DNA from: Octopus vulgaris
Lineage: Eukaryota
DNA: 64,000 bases
Direction of reading: 5' to 3'
Assembly: GCA_951406725.2 (NCBI GenBank)
Contig: OX597818.1
Location: forward strand, 76,384,001-76,448,000
How positions within the stretch are numbered: the first letter of the stretch is position 1; every line of letters begins with the position of its first letter. The notes under the pieces were generated by a model, which worked only from the letters and a program-made list of their open reading frames with translations, was not told the DNA's origin and searched no databases. The translations under genes were made by a program, and so were the position numbers. Of the stretch, positions 13,750 to 26,049 are shown piece after piece.

Positions 13750-13796
13750 ATCCATTGATGCGGTTGCAAATGTAGCGACGAAAAAGCTTTCTGGAA
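13750..13796 (+). ncRNA. Type I hammerhead-like motif, variant core
   Basis: UCCA UUGAUGC G GUUGC-AAAUGUA-GCGAC GAAA AAGCUU UC UGGA; palindromic stem III AAAGCUUU. Confidence 0.6.
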
Positions 13797-13883
13797 TAAA
13801 TAAATAAATGAATGGAAATTGAACCCGTGATTGTGTTATATTGAGGCACTATGACTCTCCACAGACTCAGCAAAACATTATAA

Positions 13884-13943
<60 letters not shown>

Positions 13944-13948
<5 letters not shown>

Positions 13949-14357
13949 ATTTAGGAATGGTCATTTTGCCAGTTTAGCCAATAAAAACACACGCACTATA
14001 TATTTGGTGTTACTTTGCTTCAGTGTTATTTATTTTTTACATTAATCTTAATCTTATTTCGGCCAGAGTTCTTTCGTCACACTTCTGTGACCTCATCAGT
14101 GGTCCTTTGCTTTCTTCTTTCTTATTGGTGTGTCTCTCCTTACTAACGGTCAGCCATTTTGTATTTTGTATTCCTATTGTATGTATCTTCACTTGCGCAT
14201 GCGTATACCTCTATGTGTGTCTATGTTTAGTTAGTGTGTGCGTGTGTGTGTGGGGAGGGAGTGCCTGTAATATTTGTTGGCTAAACTGGCAAAATGACCA
14301 TTCCTAAATACAACAATATCTGTTTCAACACACGATTTCACATCAAAAATCTTGCAA

Positions 14358-14360
<3 letters not shown>
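13944..14360. mobile_element. Non-coding PLE-like element with inverted terminal duplication, flanked by (TA)n
   Basis: 13944-13983 is the reverse complement of about 14276-14315; contains an HHR. Confidence 0.75.
14061..14105 (-). ncRNA. Type I minimal hammerhead ribozyme
   Basis: GGACCA CUGAUGA G GUCAC-AGAAGU-GUGAC GAAA GAAC UC UGGCC; intact core, 5-bp stem II, CUC triplet. Confidence 0.75.
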
Positions 14361-14418
<58 letters not shown>

Positions 14419-14420
14419 AT

Positions 14421-14712
14421 AGGCGCAGGAGTGGCTGTGTGGTAAGTAGCTTGCTAACCAACCACATGGTTCCGGGTTCAGTCCCACTGCGTGGCACCTT
14501 GGGCAAGTGTCTTCTGCTATAGCCCCGGGCCGACCAATGCCTTGTGAGTGGATTTGGTAGACGGAAACTGAAAGAAGCCTGTCGTATATATGTATATGTA
14601 TGTATGTGTGTGTGTTTGTGTTTGTCCCCCTAGCATTGCTTGACAACCGATGCTGGTGTGCTTATGTCCCCGTTACTTGGCGGTTCGGCAAAAGAGACCG
14701 ATAGAATAAGTA
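14421..14712 (+). mobile_element. tRNA-derived CORE-like SINE with internal (TA/TG)n
   Basis: GGCGCAGGAGTGGCTGTGTGGTAAG..GGTTCAGTCCC..CACCTTGGGCAAGTGTCTT; other copies at 38930-39815, 54604-55040 and 58125-58500. Confidence 0.88.
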
Positions 14713-14724
14713 CTAAAGGCTATA

Positions 14725-15320
14725 TACCGATTCCTATATGCCACTCATATCTGAACTCGGCCTGCTTAGGAGGTTGTTATGTCCTAGCATATGTGCTGCT
14801 TCTTTTAGTTTTCGAATTTTCCAGTGGTGTTCTCTGTCTATTATTTTAACTTCATCCTACAGGGAGAGGTGGTCTCCATTTTTCCATACATGATCAGCTA
14901 TACTCGATTTGTCAATGTCTCCTCGTGTCACAGCTTTGCTATGTTCGTCTACCCTTATTTTGAAGGGACGGCATGTTTCGTCTTTGTATAACCTACCACA
15001 GCTGCATGGGATGGAGTACACGCAGTCTTTGGTGATATTCTCTACTATTGGTGGTTTTACTCGAAGAAGATATTTGCGAAGTGTTGTATTACTCTTGAAC
15101 ACTGTCCTGATGTTATACGGGCCGCATATCTTTTGTATCTTTTCGGAGAGGCCTTTCACATAGGATAGATAGACTGTGAACAGTTTATTGGTTTCATTCT
15201 CTCTCTTCTTCATAATTGAAGTGGATAGTATACTTTGGGGGTAGTTGTTGCTTAATAGATTATTATTGAGCTTGATCATTTCTTCGTGGTGTGTATCTGG
15301 ATCGCTACTTATATTCGAAA
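14725..15320 (-). mobile_element. Penelope-like element, RT thumb and GIY-YIG fragment
   Basis: LLSNNYPQSI..LSYVKGLSEKIQKI..CVYSIPCSCGRLYKDETCRPFKIRVDEH..SSIADHVW..RKLKEA. Confidence 0.9.
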
Positions 15321-15339
15321 AATACCTTAGAATCAGGAC

Positions 15340-15640
15340 CCAGGTTCGAAATTTCCCCAAGACATCTGATAAAGGCTGGAGGGTGTAGATCATGTCATAT
15401 TTTGGTGGAAGACATCGCACATGTGTTTAGCATGTCCCCCAAAGTATCATCAAAATATTACCTCCCTATGTGACACGACGTTGTCGCAAAAACAATATAC
15501 TGTGCCATTCAGAAAAAAAGACTGTCCTGGAATAAATATAGAGAATCTTTCCTGGTACTGAATACATGCACAAACATCAACTCAAAGAATACTGAAGGAA
15601 CATTCTTACCAAAACATCTGTCAAGCATAAATGTGACAAG
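15340..15640 (+). mobile_element. RLE-type LINE (R4/R2-like) zinc-knuckle fragment
   Basis: CRSCHILVEDIAHVFSMSPKVSSKYYLPM*HDVVAKTIY (CCHC plus RHD). Confidence 0.7.
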
Positions 15641-15879
15641 AGTTTTCAGAAAAAGAAGTCAACAAACCAACTCTCACGTTACAAATACAATCTGTAACTG
15701 GAACAGTAAAAATATGAAAGACTTTTTACAAGTTTAAGATGTGACATTGTTTTTCGTAATCTACTTTCCGACGATGGAGTTTTGTATCTTTGTTAGAAAC
15801 CAGCTCCTTCCTCAGAGAAAGAATTTAAATAATTACGAACAGAAGAGACCATACATGCATACATACATACATACATACA

Positions 15880-15910
<31 letters not shown>

Positions 15911-16150
15911 GTGTGTGTATTATATACATGCCTATATATATGTAAATGCATGTGTATGTATATATATATATACATACATATACGTACTTACATATACACA
16001 CACACATATGTGTGTATGTATGTATGTATGTATGTATACGTACATATATAATTACACGCACGCATATATAGAGAGAGACAGGCAAGTACATTGACAGATA
16101 GACAGAACGACGGACAGACAGATAGCTAGCTAGCTAGCTAGCTAGCTAGC

Positions 16151-16202
<52 letters not shown>

Positions 16203-16311
16203 AGAGTTGCGTAGTTCACTAACAAGTGATATGGTACAAACTCGTGTTGTATTAAGTCTCAAGGTCAAAGTATGATGGCGTGATATTAGTGACAAGTGAA
16301 AGAGAAAGAGC

Positions 16312-16346
<35 letters not shown>

Positions 16347-16534
16347 AAAAGAGAGAGGCGAGAGAGAGAAAGAAAGACAGTAGGATACAGAGAGGTAGAT
16401 GGAGAGTGTGGAGGGGAAGTGAGATAACACTCATAGATGAATAAGCCTGGCTCTGCCGTCAGATTCAGGATGAAGGACAGAACATAAGTTCATATAGATT
16501 GTAGTGTTTTATCAAATATGTGTGATTGTGAGTG

Positions 16535-16603
<69 letters not shown>

Positions 16604-17429
16604 CTATGCATGTATCTATGTATTTATGAATGTATCTATGCATTATGTATGTACGTACGTATGCATGTATGTATGCCGAGACATTAACCTGTAGTGGATA
16701 CTATTTCATTAAAGCGGTGCTCCAGCATGGCTACAGTCAAATGACTGAAGCAAGTGAAAGAATACAAATATATACATACAGATACAGACACACATACATA
16801 CTAGTACGACTACTACTACGACAACTACAATGATGGCGCAACGTATGTTTAAGTGTGTTTGCCTGAAACTTCAAAGACATTCTGTCATTTGAGCCTCAAC
16901 ATAACACATTATTCGGTTTATGATGTTCTTTCAGTTTTCCTTCTTTTTTCCTTATTTTACTTTATTTTGCATTGTATATGTGTGTATGTATGTATGTATG
17001 TATGTATGTATGTATGTATGTATGTATGTATGTATGTATGTATGTATGTATGTATGCATACATGCATGCACGTATATATGTACGTATGTATGCATGCATG
17101 TATGTATGTAAGCATGCCTTATGCATATATGTATGTATGTATGCATGTATGTATGCATGGATGTATGCATGCACTTATGTATTTATATATGTATGTATAT
17201 TATACATTATTATATAATACATATTATATTATGTATGTACATATATTATATATATTATATAGGATGGCCAAACAGCGGCTCGCGAGCCTCATACGGAAAT
17301 TGCTGGGTCTTGTGCCAAAATTTGAAACCGTTATATGTGACTTGGGGAAACACGTTGGCTGAGATCTTTTTTTTTTAAATCTCAATTAGCATAAACCTTA
17401 ACTAAAGACCCCTCCCGAGTCATATAAAT

Positions 17430-17655
17430 TCATAGGGACGGTTTTCCGGTTTCTGTGGTGTATATATTCTCTGCTTGGACGGGACACCGGTCCGTCTAAA
17501 GATTAGTCATTTTTTCCCAGCAGAGTGGACTAGAACAACGTGAAATGATGTGTTTTACTCAAGAACACAACGCATCGCTCCGTCCAGGAATCAAAACCAC
17601 AATCTTACGGTTATGAGTCCAACACCCTAACAACTAAGCCACGTACCTCCACTAA
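17430..17655 (-). mobile_element. tRNA-derived SINE
   Basis: tRNA-like head on the minus strand, related to 11812-12140. Confidence 0.7.
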
Positions 17656-17949
17656 CATAAGCCTTAAAGAAGAAAAATTCAAACTTTATGATTATTTATT
17701 GGGTCCGGTAGTTTAGAGCTGCGGGAACGGTTTGCTTTTGCAGGAACGAGGAACATTTTGCAACTATTTGAAAAATGCCCAAATATGAATTGTAATGATT
17801 TTTTAAAAATTTCTTCTATATTAGGTTTCATTCTCTCTAACTTTCTCACCACTATTCTCATTCAAGCTGTAACCAGGTGGATACATATAAGTCTATAAGG
17901 ATATGTCATTTGCATGTGGAATTCTGTTTTCATCGCTCTATTTCAAATC

Positions 17950-19548
17950 ATGCTGCTGTGTCAGTAAATACTGTTGACAACGTTCAGCAAGAAAGCCGAT
18001 GCAAAGACAGAAGCCAGTTTTGTTATTTTCTGGAATACTGCTCGAGCTAAACGTCCATTATTTGGTGGCGAATTTATTAACAATATAGCTGATGTTGTTG
18101 CAGTGTTAGATCCGAATAACACAAGACTTCAGTGACAAATAGTACAAACACTAATTTCAGCCGCTCTAAAGAGAGGCATATCTCTCAGATCAGTGCTGAT
18201 GTTGCATGCAAAATTCCCTTTTGACGAACCAACTGCGATACAAGGCGAATCTATTGACATACAAGACAACCCACAGCTAGCAGTTTTTGTTTATTTTGAA
18301 GTAACTATGAAAGAAGAGATGTTGAATTTGATGGAATTAAAAGAAACAACTTGTGCTGCTGACAGAGTATTAACAAATACTGGTGTTTCGCTATATAGAC
18401 TTGTTAGTGTTGCAACAGATGGAGCGCTTGCAATGGTGGTGGTGGCGCTGAAGGTGGAGGAATGAAGGATTAGTTGCACTTATGAACAGTAATCCCAGCT
18501 TTCCAGAATTTCTCTCAGTTCATTGTATTATTCATTGCGAACACCTAGTTGCCAGATACATTCATGGTTGATGCGGTCAATGATGGTTGACAGTTTCTCA
18601 ACCTTTATTAATGGCATCATCTGCTGGGGAAATGGGACAAACAGAATTGCAGGAGGACCTAGATCTAAAGATAATCCATAAATCCCAGTCTATAATTGAG
18701 TTCTAGAAACGAGTTCCAGAAATAAAATATACTGGACTGAAGAAAACTAGCGTGCTACACATCCCGATTTTTTGCACAACATACTGCTATGAATCAATGT
18801 ACTCTATAATGAAGCTTGTGTAACTGAAGAATAGTGTAAACCTCACAAGCCATCACCTGACAGAACTAATTCGTACAACCTTGACAAATAGCCAGATTTT
18901 CAACGACTAACAGCCGAGATGGAAACACATAAGACCTCTTTCTAGTAGTAAATAACGGCTTTAATAACCTGGTAGGGTCTTATTTAAATAGCTCTAATTT
19001 TATTGGTTTGCCTTTTTGCACGTTTTCTTCCATATTTTGACCAAATATTTAATAAGATAAATAAATAGCATTAAAAGAGTATACATTTTCCTTTACACTT
19101 TTAGTTTTGGCTGTCTAATTTTATTTATTGAAATGAAAATTCGTTAATTTTTCTGAAATGTTATTGTAGTTCATAACCGTATTAAATGTACTAAAACTTT
19201 TGGTGTATAAATTGAAATTTATGCAATTTAACAGTTTTCAATATTGCATTAATGTATAAATATTGTTGCATACATGCAAAATGTATATGGATCAAAACAT
19301 ATTCTTTTATTGTACTGGTTTCATTCATTAGACTACGAACATACTGGGTCATCGCCTTGAAGGCATTTTGTCAATTATATCAACCCAAGTACTTACTTTT
19401 TAAGCCTGGTATTATTTTATTGATCTAAGTTGCAGCACATAAATACAAACGTTAACAGACTGTAAATTTTGTTCACGTAGTGCGGCTCCCAAGCATCTGA
19501 ATTTTATTGAATGTGACTCTTACGTTAAGTAAGTTTAGTCAGCTCTAG
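17950..19548 (+). mobile_element. Decayed hAT transposon (Charlie/SPIN/GTF2IRD2-like)
   Basis: ESIDIQDNPQLAVFV..EEMLNLMELKETT..VSVATDGALAM..HCIIH; Charlie-like right end near 19530-19548; left end unclear. Confidence 0.75.
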
Positions 19549-19639
19549 TATAGACGGTAGGAGAGATATTTGGAGACATATTTGATTACTGAATAAAACA
19601 ACTCTAATCTAGTAAAGCAAAATGTATTTGATATAAATT

Positions 19640-21130
19640 TGTGCACGTTCTCGATAAGCTTTCTTATAAGATTATTCTATGAACCCGCCTTCAGCTTTGA
19701 TGACTACTTTAATGTGGACCGGAATCATTGAAATCCTGCACTAAATAGTCCCTATTCATTTCGGACGTCACCGGGATACTGACGGCTTCAATTAAGCTAA
19801 AATATTATGAGGATGTCGATTAGTCTCCTTTTCAATAACGGGCCAAACATTGTAGTCCATTGAATTTTAAATCTGGCAAGTTTGGAGGTCACAAGTTTGG
19901 TATTACGTGATCGTAAAGATTATCTGACATCCGTTCCTGGGCTAGAGGGCTAAGTGAGATGGTACTCAGACTTATTGGAATATGTGTGGTCATCCACCGT
20001 GTACTTCATCCATCCAGGGCTTAACAACTGTCTATAGTACCCTAAAGCATTAATTTAAAAACCCACCTTTTAGAAAGATGTGATGTGACATGATCTTTGT
20101 TACTAAAACCATCACAGATTATGGAAACTTCGTGTGCATTACTCTGGATATATCAGAAGGATCTATTCATAATAATCTGTCATTTCTCCTGTTAGACTTT
20201 TGGTCTTGGTCGGAGTTCTTCTCGTTAAAGAACTAAAGCATACTGTAACATTGGATTTAATCCCACGTTTTGCCACATATCTCAAACCACAATTCAATTA
20301 TAATTTGATCCAGTAGCAACCGAGATTTTACCTAATGAACGGCTATTGTTCACGTGATAGTTCAGTGGTCCAACTAGAAATTTCTGTAAGCAGGGCCTAT
20401 AGATACGGTCAATTTAAGCGCCGAAATTCAGAGTACCTAGGGTTGGATTTGAATTACACTATCCATATAGCTAGTCTCACGGCTGTGTATTCAATCAAGA
20501 ATGATCCAAGAAGACATGTCACGACACCTGAATATCCACTTGATATATAAAACCCAGCCCAAGTTTTGAATTTCAAACAGACATTTTTCTTTCGAGTCAT
20601 ATTACGCTGTTTCATCCTACTGTTTGAGTTGCATGAAAACCTTTTCTATTAATGTAACAAATAAATTATGTTGCAATATAAAAAAAACATATTTGTGAAG
20701 GCTTTTGCCGTGGTTAGATAACCGCTTAGCCCGGATCAAACAGTTTTCCTGATTTTTCCCAAATAAATTGGTCTCTCATCAGTACACACGACTCGTACGA
20801 TTGTTCTCGTGCACCACAGTTCTGGTACTCCACTCCAGTACTTGAAATTCTTTGGCGATAGCCCTCATTGATTTTCCGGGTCCATCATCGATAATATTTT
20901 GAATCAGAAAATTGTAATGCCCTTATAGTGTCTGAACGTTTAGAATTTTATATTTCTCTTTGATACAGTTGAAACATTCCCACTAGAGACTTCCAGTTCC
21001 ATCGTAACTTTATCTACAGAAGGATGCAACATTTACAAAGTTAGCCATTTCTAAATCGCTGTGACAACAATGACGTCATGTCTTTCAGTTTCTTATGTGA
21101 GCATTTTATCTGATACGAGGGATCTGAAAG
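19640..21130 (-). mobile_element. Decayed maT/DD37D-like Tc1/mariner with an internal insertion (about 20130-20700)
   Basis: IDDGPGKSMRAIAKEFQV..TVVHEN at the N-terminus and VVKPWMDEV..PPNLPDL..MDYNVWPVIEKETNRHPHN at the C-terminus. Confidence 0.7.
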
Positions 21131-21343
21131 AAGTAAAAACCTTTTATCCTTAAATACCGCTTACATCCTGCACACACACGCGTGCACGCATGCACAGAGG
21201 CACACACACTAACATGTGTATGTATGTAAATATATATGTATGTATGTATACAAACTTACATACACATATATATGCATACATACATGCACACACACATGTA
21301 TGTGTGTGTGCGTGTGTATACGAGTATGTGTGAGTATATATAA

Positions 21344-21408
<65 letters not shown>

Positions 21409-21443
21409 TATATAAGTATATAAATGTGTGTGTATATATATAT

Positions 21444-21479
<36 letters not shown>

Positions 21480-21881
21480 GTATATGTATATATATGTATA
21501 TGTATATATATGTATATATATGATGACGTCTCGTTCTGCTGGACTAGCCACCTAACAGGATACAATCATGGGTCAGATCTAATCTCGATTCGTCAAAAAA
21601 ATGATGACGTATTTCTTCCGTGGCAAAACTGTCGCTGCGCTTGGTTGGTTTCCTTTAGGAGTCTTTTCACTATATTCGTTGAGACTGGGTTTTGATTGGT
21701 TTGGAACTATATGACGTCAGTGAAAAGTGCAAGTGACCACAGCCTAGCTGAGCTGATATAAACCCAACAATCACAAAATTCACCAAAATTATGCGAACAG
21801 ACACCGATCAAAAATCATTACTGTTGCTCCCATTGGAACACAAGATAAAATCTAAAATGAACTCCTTGCCTTTTCAAGAAC

Positions 21882-22115
21882 ATGAATTTTTTATATTTGA
21901 CTCTATTGAATGTATGTCACAATTATGAACTACTACATCATACTCTTTAAACATATAGCATGGACTCCCTTTATTATATATGAATTTTTTATATTTGACT
22001 CTATTGAATATTATATATGAATTTTTTATATTTGACTCTATTGAATATATGTCACAATTATGAACTATTACATCATACTCTTTAAACATATAGCATGAAC
22101 TCCCTTTATTATATA
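21882..22115. repeat. AT-rich tandem duplication, about 98-bp unit (2 full copies, 1 partial)
   Basis: ATGAATTTTTTATATTTGACTCTATTGAAT recurs at about 21882, 21980 and 22017. Confidence 0.9.
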
Positions 22116-22244
22116 TAATTTTTTTTGATAAGGTTCGTTATTTCAAGAACCGAAACATGTTAAAAATTAAAATTTGTCTAATATAGCAGCATTTTCAAAC
22201 TTCATTTTTTACAAATATATATCCACTCGTATACGAGCTAATCT

Positions 22245-22304
<60 letters not shown>

Positions 22305-22309
<5 letters not shown>

Positions 22310-22950
22310 TAAATGAGGGCAAAGGAAAAAATTTCTAATGCCAAATATGCCGAAAAATTGGACATATTGTCCATTAACCATATAATTTTTTCACAATACT
22401 CACGCTACTTGAAAAAAGGTCGACAGACATTTCTAAAAAATTCCATTATTACCATATCGGACCAATTTCAGAGTTAGCTACTAAGAGCCCCCTCTTCGTC
22501 AGCGATACATGTGGCAAAAGAAATAAATGAGATACTTACTCATACCCATGGAAGAAGCAAACACTAAGTCATGAGCACAACTAAGTACCCCAAATACATC
22601 CAAAATAGAAATACTCCAGCCCATTCGAGACACGTGCGATTTGAACTGAGGCTCTCACAGAGTGAGATAGTCCGGAAGTGAACGCTTAAATTTATATCTA
22701 ATGAGGATAAAATTTCTTTTGAAAAAAATATTCTTACGAAAAAAATGTTATCAATGGCCAGCATATTAAAAAATACCTTAAACGGTTAAATTTATAAACA
22801 ATTCATAAATGAGGGCAAAGGAAAAAATTTCAAATGCCAAATATGCCGAAAAATTGGACATATTGTCCATTAACCATATAATTTTTTCATAATACGCACG
22901 CTACTCGAAAAAAGGTCGATGGTTATAATGGAATTTTTTAGAAATGTCTG
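22305..22950 (-). mobile_element. Non-coding HHR-containing retrozyme/PLE-like element, 496-bp monomer in partial tandem
   Basis: Direct repeat 22305-22423 = 22801-22919; HHR between the copies; abuts (TA)n; terminal 31-bp inversion. Confidence 0.8.
22453..22509 (-). ncRNA. Type I minimal hammerhead ribozyme
   Basis: UGUAUCG CUGACGA AGAG..CUCU GAAA UUGG UC CGAUAUG; 7-bp stem I; GUC cleavage after 22460. Confidence 0.8.
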
Positions 22951-23049
22951 TGACACAAAGTATGACAAGCGTGACACAAAGTATGACAAGGCTGGCCCTT
23001 TTAAATACAGGTACAACAAAAATAGGAAGAAAGAGTGAGAGGAATGTGT

Positions 23050-23212
23050 GGTCATAGAGTACATCTGGGTTCGCCACTACCCGCTGCCAGAGCCTCGTGA
23101 AGCTTTAGGTATTTTCGCTCAATAAACACTCACAACGCTCGGTCTGGGAATCAAAACCGCGATCTTATGACCTCGAGCTACTACCCTAACCACTGGGCCA
23201 TTGCGCCTCCGC
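23050..23212 (-). mobile_element. tRNA-derived SINE, third family
   Basis: Head GGAGGCGCAATGGCCCAGTGGTTAGGG..GATTCCCAGACC. Confidence 0.8.
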
Positions 23213-23223
23213 ATACACACACA

Positions 23224-23259
<36 letters not shown>

Positions 23260-23312
23260 TATATATATATAGAGAGAGAGAAAGATATATATATATTTAT
23301 TTATTTATACAT

Positions 23313-23365
<53 letters not shown>

Positions 23366-23443
23366 GAGGGAGAGAGAGATTTACATATATATATAAATAC
23401 ATATATATATATTTACGCACACACCCACACATATACACACACG

Positions 23444-24662
23444 CACGACGGAAGTAAATTGACTCCTCGTAAAACATTGTTTTATGTTTATTTTAACTTG
23501 AAAGGGTTTATATTTTTTGTTAACGGACATTTTTGTTTTTCAGGTTCTATATGTGACTGTTTAATCATACCACGTACAAAAGAAGCCTTGGAACTGTCCA
23601 AATTTCAAAGAGGCCATATTGTGGATCAATCTGAAGGTAGACTTAAGGTAAAATCGCAAAAAACCTGGGGATCCCACTTTCTACAGTTAATAGGGTGATT
23701 GTGCAATTCACCAGAGAGGGGAAGGAGCCCACATCCCCTTGCCCAGGTTAACCAGGGCCCTCTGACAAGAGGGCCCTGTTAAATGTTAAAAGAAGTATGG
23801 AGGATAATCCTCATTGCAAGGACTCTGACATAGCAGAACAAGTTGATGTCAGTCCCAGAACAGCTGTCAAGTATCTCCACAAACATGGTTACTATGACAG
23901 AGCAACAGGAAGGAAGCCCCTCCTTCAACCAGCCAATATCAAGTGGAGAAAAGATTGGGCCAGTGCGATGATGGAGTGGCCGCTAGAATTTTGGGACACT
24001 ATAATATTCTCTGATGAGTCCAGATTTGTTGTATTATCTGACTGGTCAAGTGTGGATCTGGAGACTGTGTAATCAAGAATTTAATGTGTAATAATTACTG
24101 TCAATAATGAAGCAAGGCTACTATTCTGTGATGGTCTGGGGAACAATTTGAAGTAAAGGTCAATCAGGGCTGGTTGGAGTGTGATGGAAACATAAACTCA
24201 GATAAATGTGTCCATATTGCAGAAGAAACTCCTTCCAATCTTCTCCAATGGTGAACTGATTAAAGAAGACTATGGAAGATGGGACTCCTTCTCACACGGC
24301 TAAAAAGACCCAAGATCGGTTGAAAAAGAATGGCATTAAAAAACTTCCATGGCCAGGCCAATCACCAGATATGTTCCCTATTGAATAGCTCTGGGGCATA
24401 ATGGATGAAACACTTCGTAAAACGAACAAGAAAGCGTCCTCAAAGCCAGATCTTTTGAGATTACTACATGAAACTTGGCAAGAAATTCCCCAAGAGAATA
24501 TTTGTTATCTCATCAGTAGCATGCCTTATAGGATCCTTGCATTGAAAAATGCAAAAGGCATGTCTACTAAATATTAGATATTCATATCAAAATAATTAAT
24601 AAATAATTTCAGATTAAAATAAATTTTAATGATTATAAGGGTGCCTATTTACTTCTGTTATG
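23444..24662 (+). mobile_element. Decayed full-span Tc1 transposon
   Basis: LELSKFQRGHIV, RKPLL, IIFSDESRF, VMVWG, WPGQSPDMFPIE motifs; diverged TIRs of about 35 bp sharing GAAGTAAAT. Confidence 0.9.
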
Positions 24663-24693
24663 TGTGTGTGTGTGTGTGTAGTTATACGTACAT

Positions 24694-24738
<45 letters not shown>

Positions 24739-24752
24739 CATATATATACATA

Positions 24753-25906
24753 CTAGCAAATGCACCCATACTTTAGACGGGGTAATTATTAATTATTATA
24801 ATGGTGCATTCCTGTGGACGGTTTAAGGTGAATTAGATAATTTGGGCTTCAGTGACGTGCTCTATCATTTGTTTGACCTCAAGGCGAGTTCCATTGCTTA
24901 GTGTATTTAGATTGTGTAGGAGGATGACAGGACAACTGATCAGTTGTCAACTGATCTGTAACAACGTTCTTGAGAATGTAGCTGACTAAGTCACATTAAG
25001 AGTGTTGACAGCTGCATTTGTAGGTGCAAGAACAGCCCTGTCGCGAAGCCAATTTGGTTTTATGCATTCCGTTGTAAGATTTGGATAAACGGTAGAACAC
25101 AAGTCAACAGGGCTGGATTCAGTGTGGCCAATGATGGTAGTATCCATGTATCCGTTGTCATCGGACGTAATTTGTCCATTGCCAATTTTAAAGAGCATTT
25201 CCGAAAACTGGGTTGTAGGCTGACCAGTTTGTAGGAGTGATCATATGTTGATGGTGAGTTGTTTAGATTAGACATGCGACCTAAGGAGGGATTTTTAAAG
25301 TTAAGTATTAAGTTTATCAGCAGGTGTTCCTTTGGGTATAATAGGCAGAGTTTGTCGAAAATCTGCAAGAAGAAGAGTCACACCTTGTTTGATCTAAGAT
25401 CTCTCATTGTGGTATGAAGTGCTTGTAGGGAACATTTATAGGACATAGTTGCTTCATCCCAAACAATGAATTTGCATTTTTTCAAAATTGTCGCTTTGTC
25501 CGAGAAATGCATTATGTGGCACGTTGGGTTTTCTTGATGTACTACATTGAAAGGCAATTTAAAAGTAGCGTGTGCTGTTCGTCCGCCATCTTGAAGAGTC
25601 GAGGCTATTCCTGGGGAGGTAACAGCAATAGCAAGATCACCATTATGCCGCATCTTCGCAATAAGATTCAGGAGGAACGTTTTTTTCTAGTTCCACAGGG
25701 TGCATCTAAGATGATTCCGCCAGTGTGTGTGTAGATGTTTTCGAGAACGTAATTGTATACGTCAGCTTGATCCGAATTGAGAAATTGTCTACAATGAACT
25801 GTTTGAATTTGTGGATGTTTCCCTGAGAATGAGACCATACACACACACATACACACACTCACGTACACACGCACACAGACACATCTTCTGTACTATATAT
25901 TATAGA
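24753..25906 (-). mobile_element. Internally deleted Helitron with Pif1-helicase fragments and both termini
   Basis: A|TC 5' end at 25906; hairpin plus CTAG|T 3' end at 24753; LDAPCGT, GIASTLQDGGRTAHATFKLP, IVWDEATM, RAVLAPTNAAV. Confidence 0.92.
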
Positions 25907-25950
25907 TATATATAGTTATATTTATAGTTATATATATATAGTTATATTCG

Positions 25951-25987
<37 letters not shown>

Positions 25988-26049
25988 AAATGTGTATATA
26001 TACATATGTATGTATACATACATATATACATACATATATATACATTAGT

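Larger units (their letters stand above)
13338..13880. mobile_element. Non-coding PLE-like inverted dimer with an HHR motif in each arm
   Basis: Arms about 13385-13543 and 13711-13875 are reverse complements around (TATG)n; homologous to 13944-14360. Confidence 0.75.

Noticed and set aside
16820-16910. pLTR-like GAAACTTCAAAGAC segment resembling the 36005 family
   Set aside because: The CUGANGA core is absent; too decayed.
15741-17378. Numerous 60-170 aa ORFs (YIHT/MYVC repeats; also poly-L, F, D, N elsewhere)
   Set aside because: Microsatellite read-through, not genes.
20745-20790. CTGATGA..GAAA on the minus strand
   Set aside because: Lies in maT transposase coding remnant; no valid stems.
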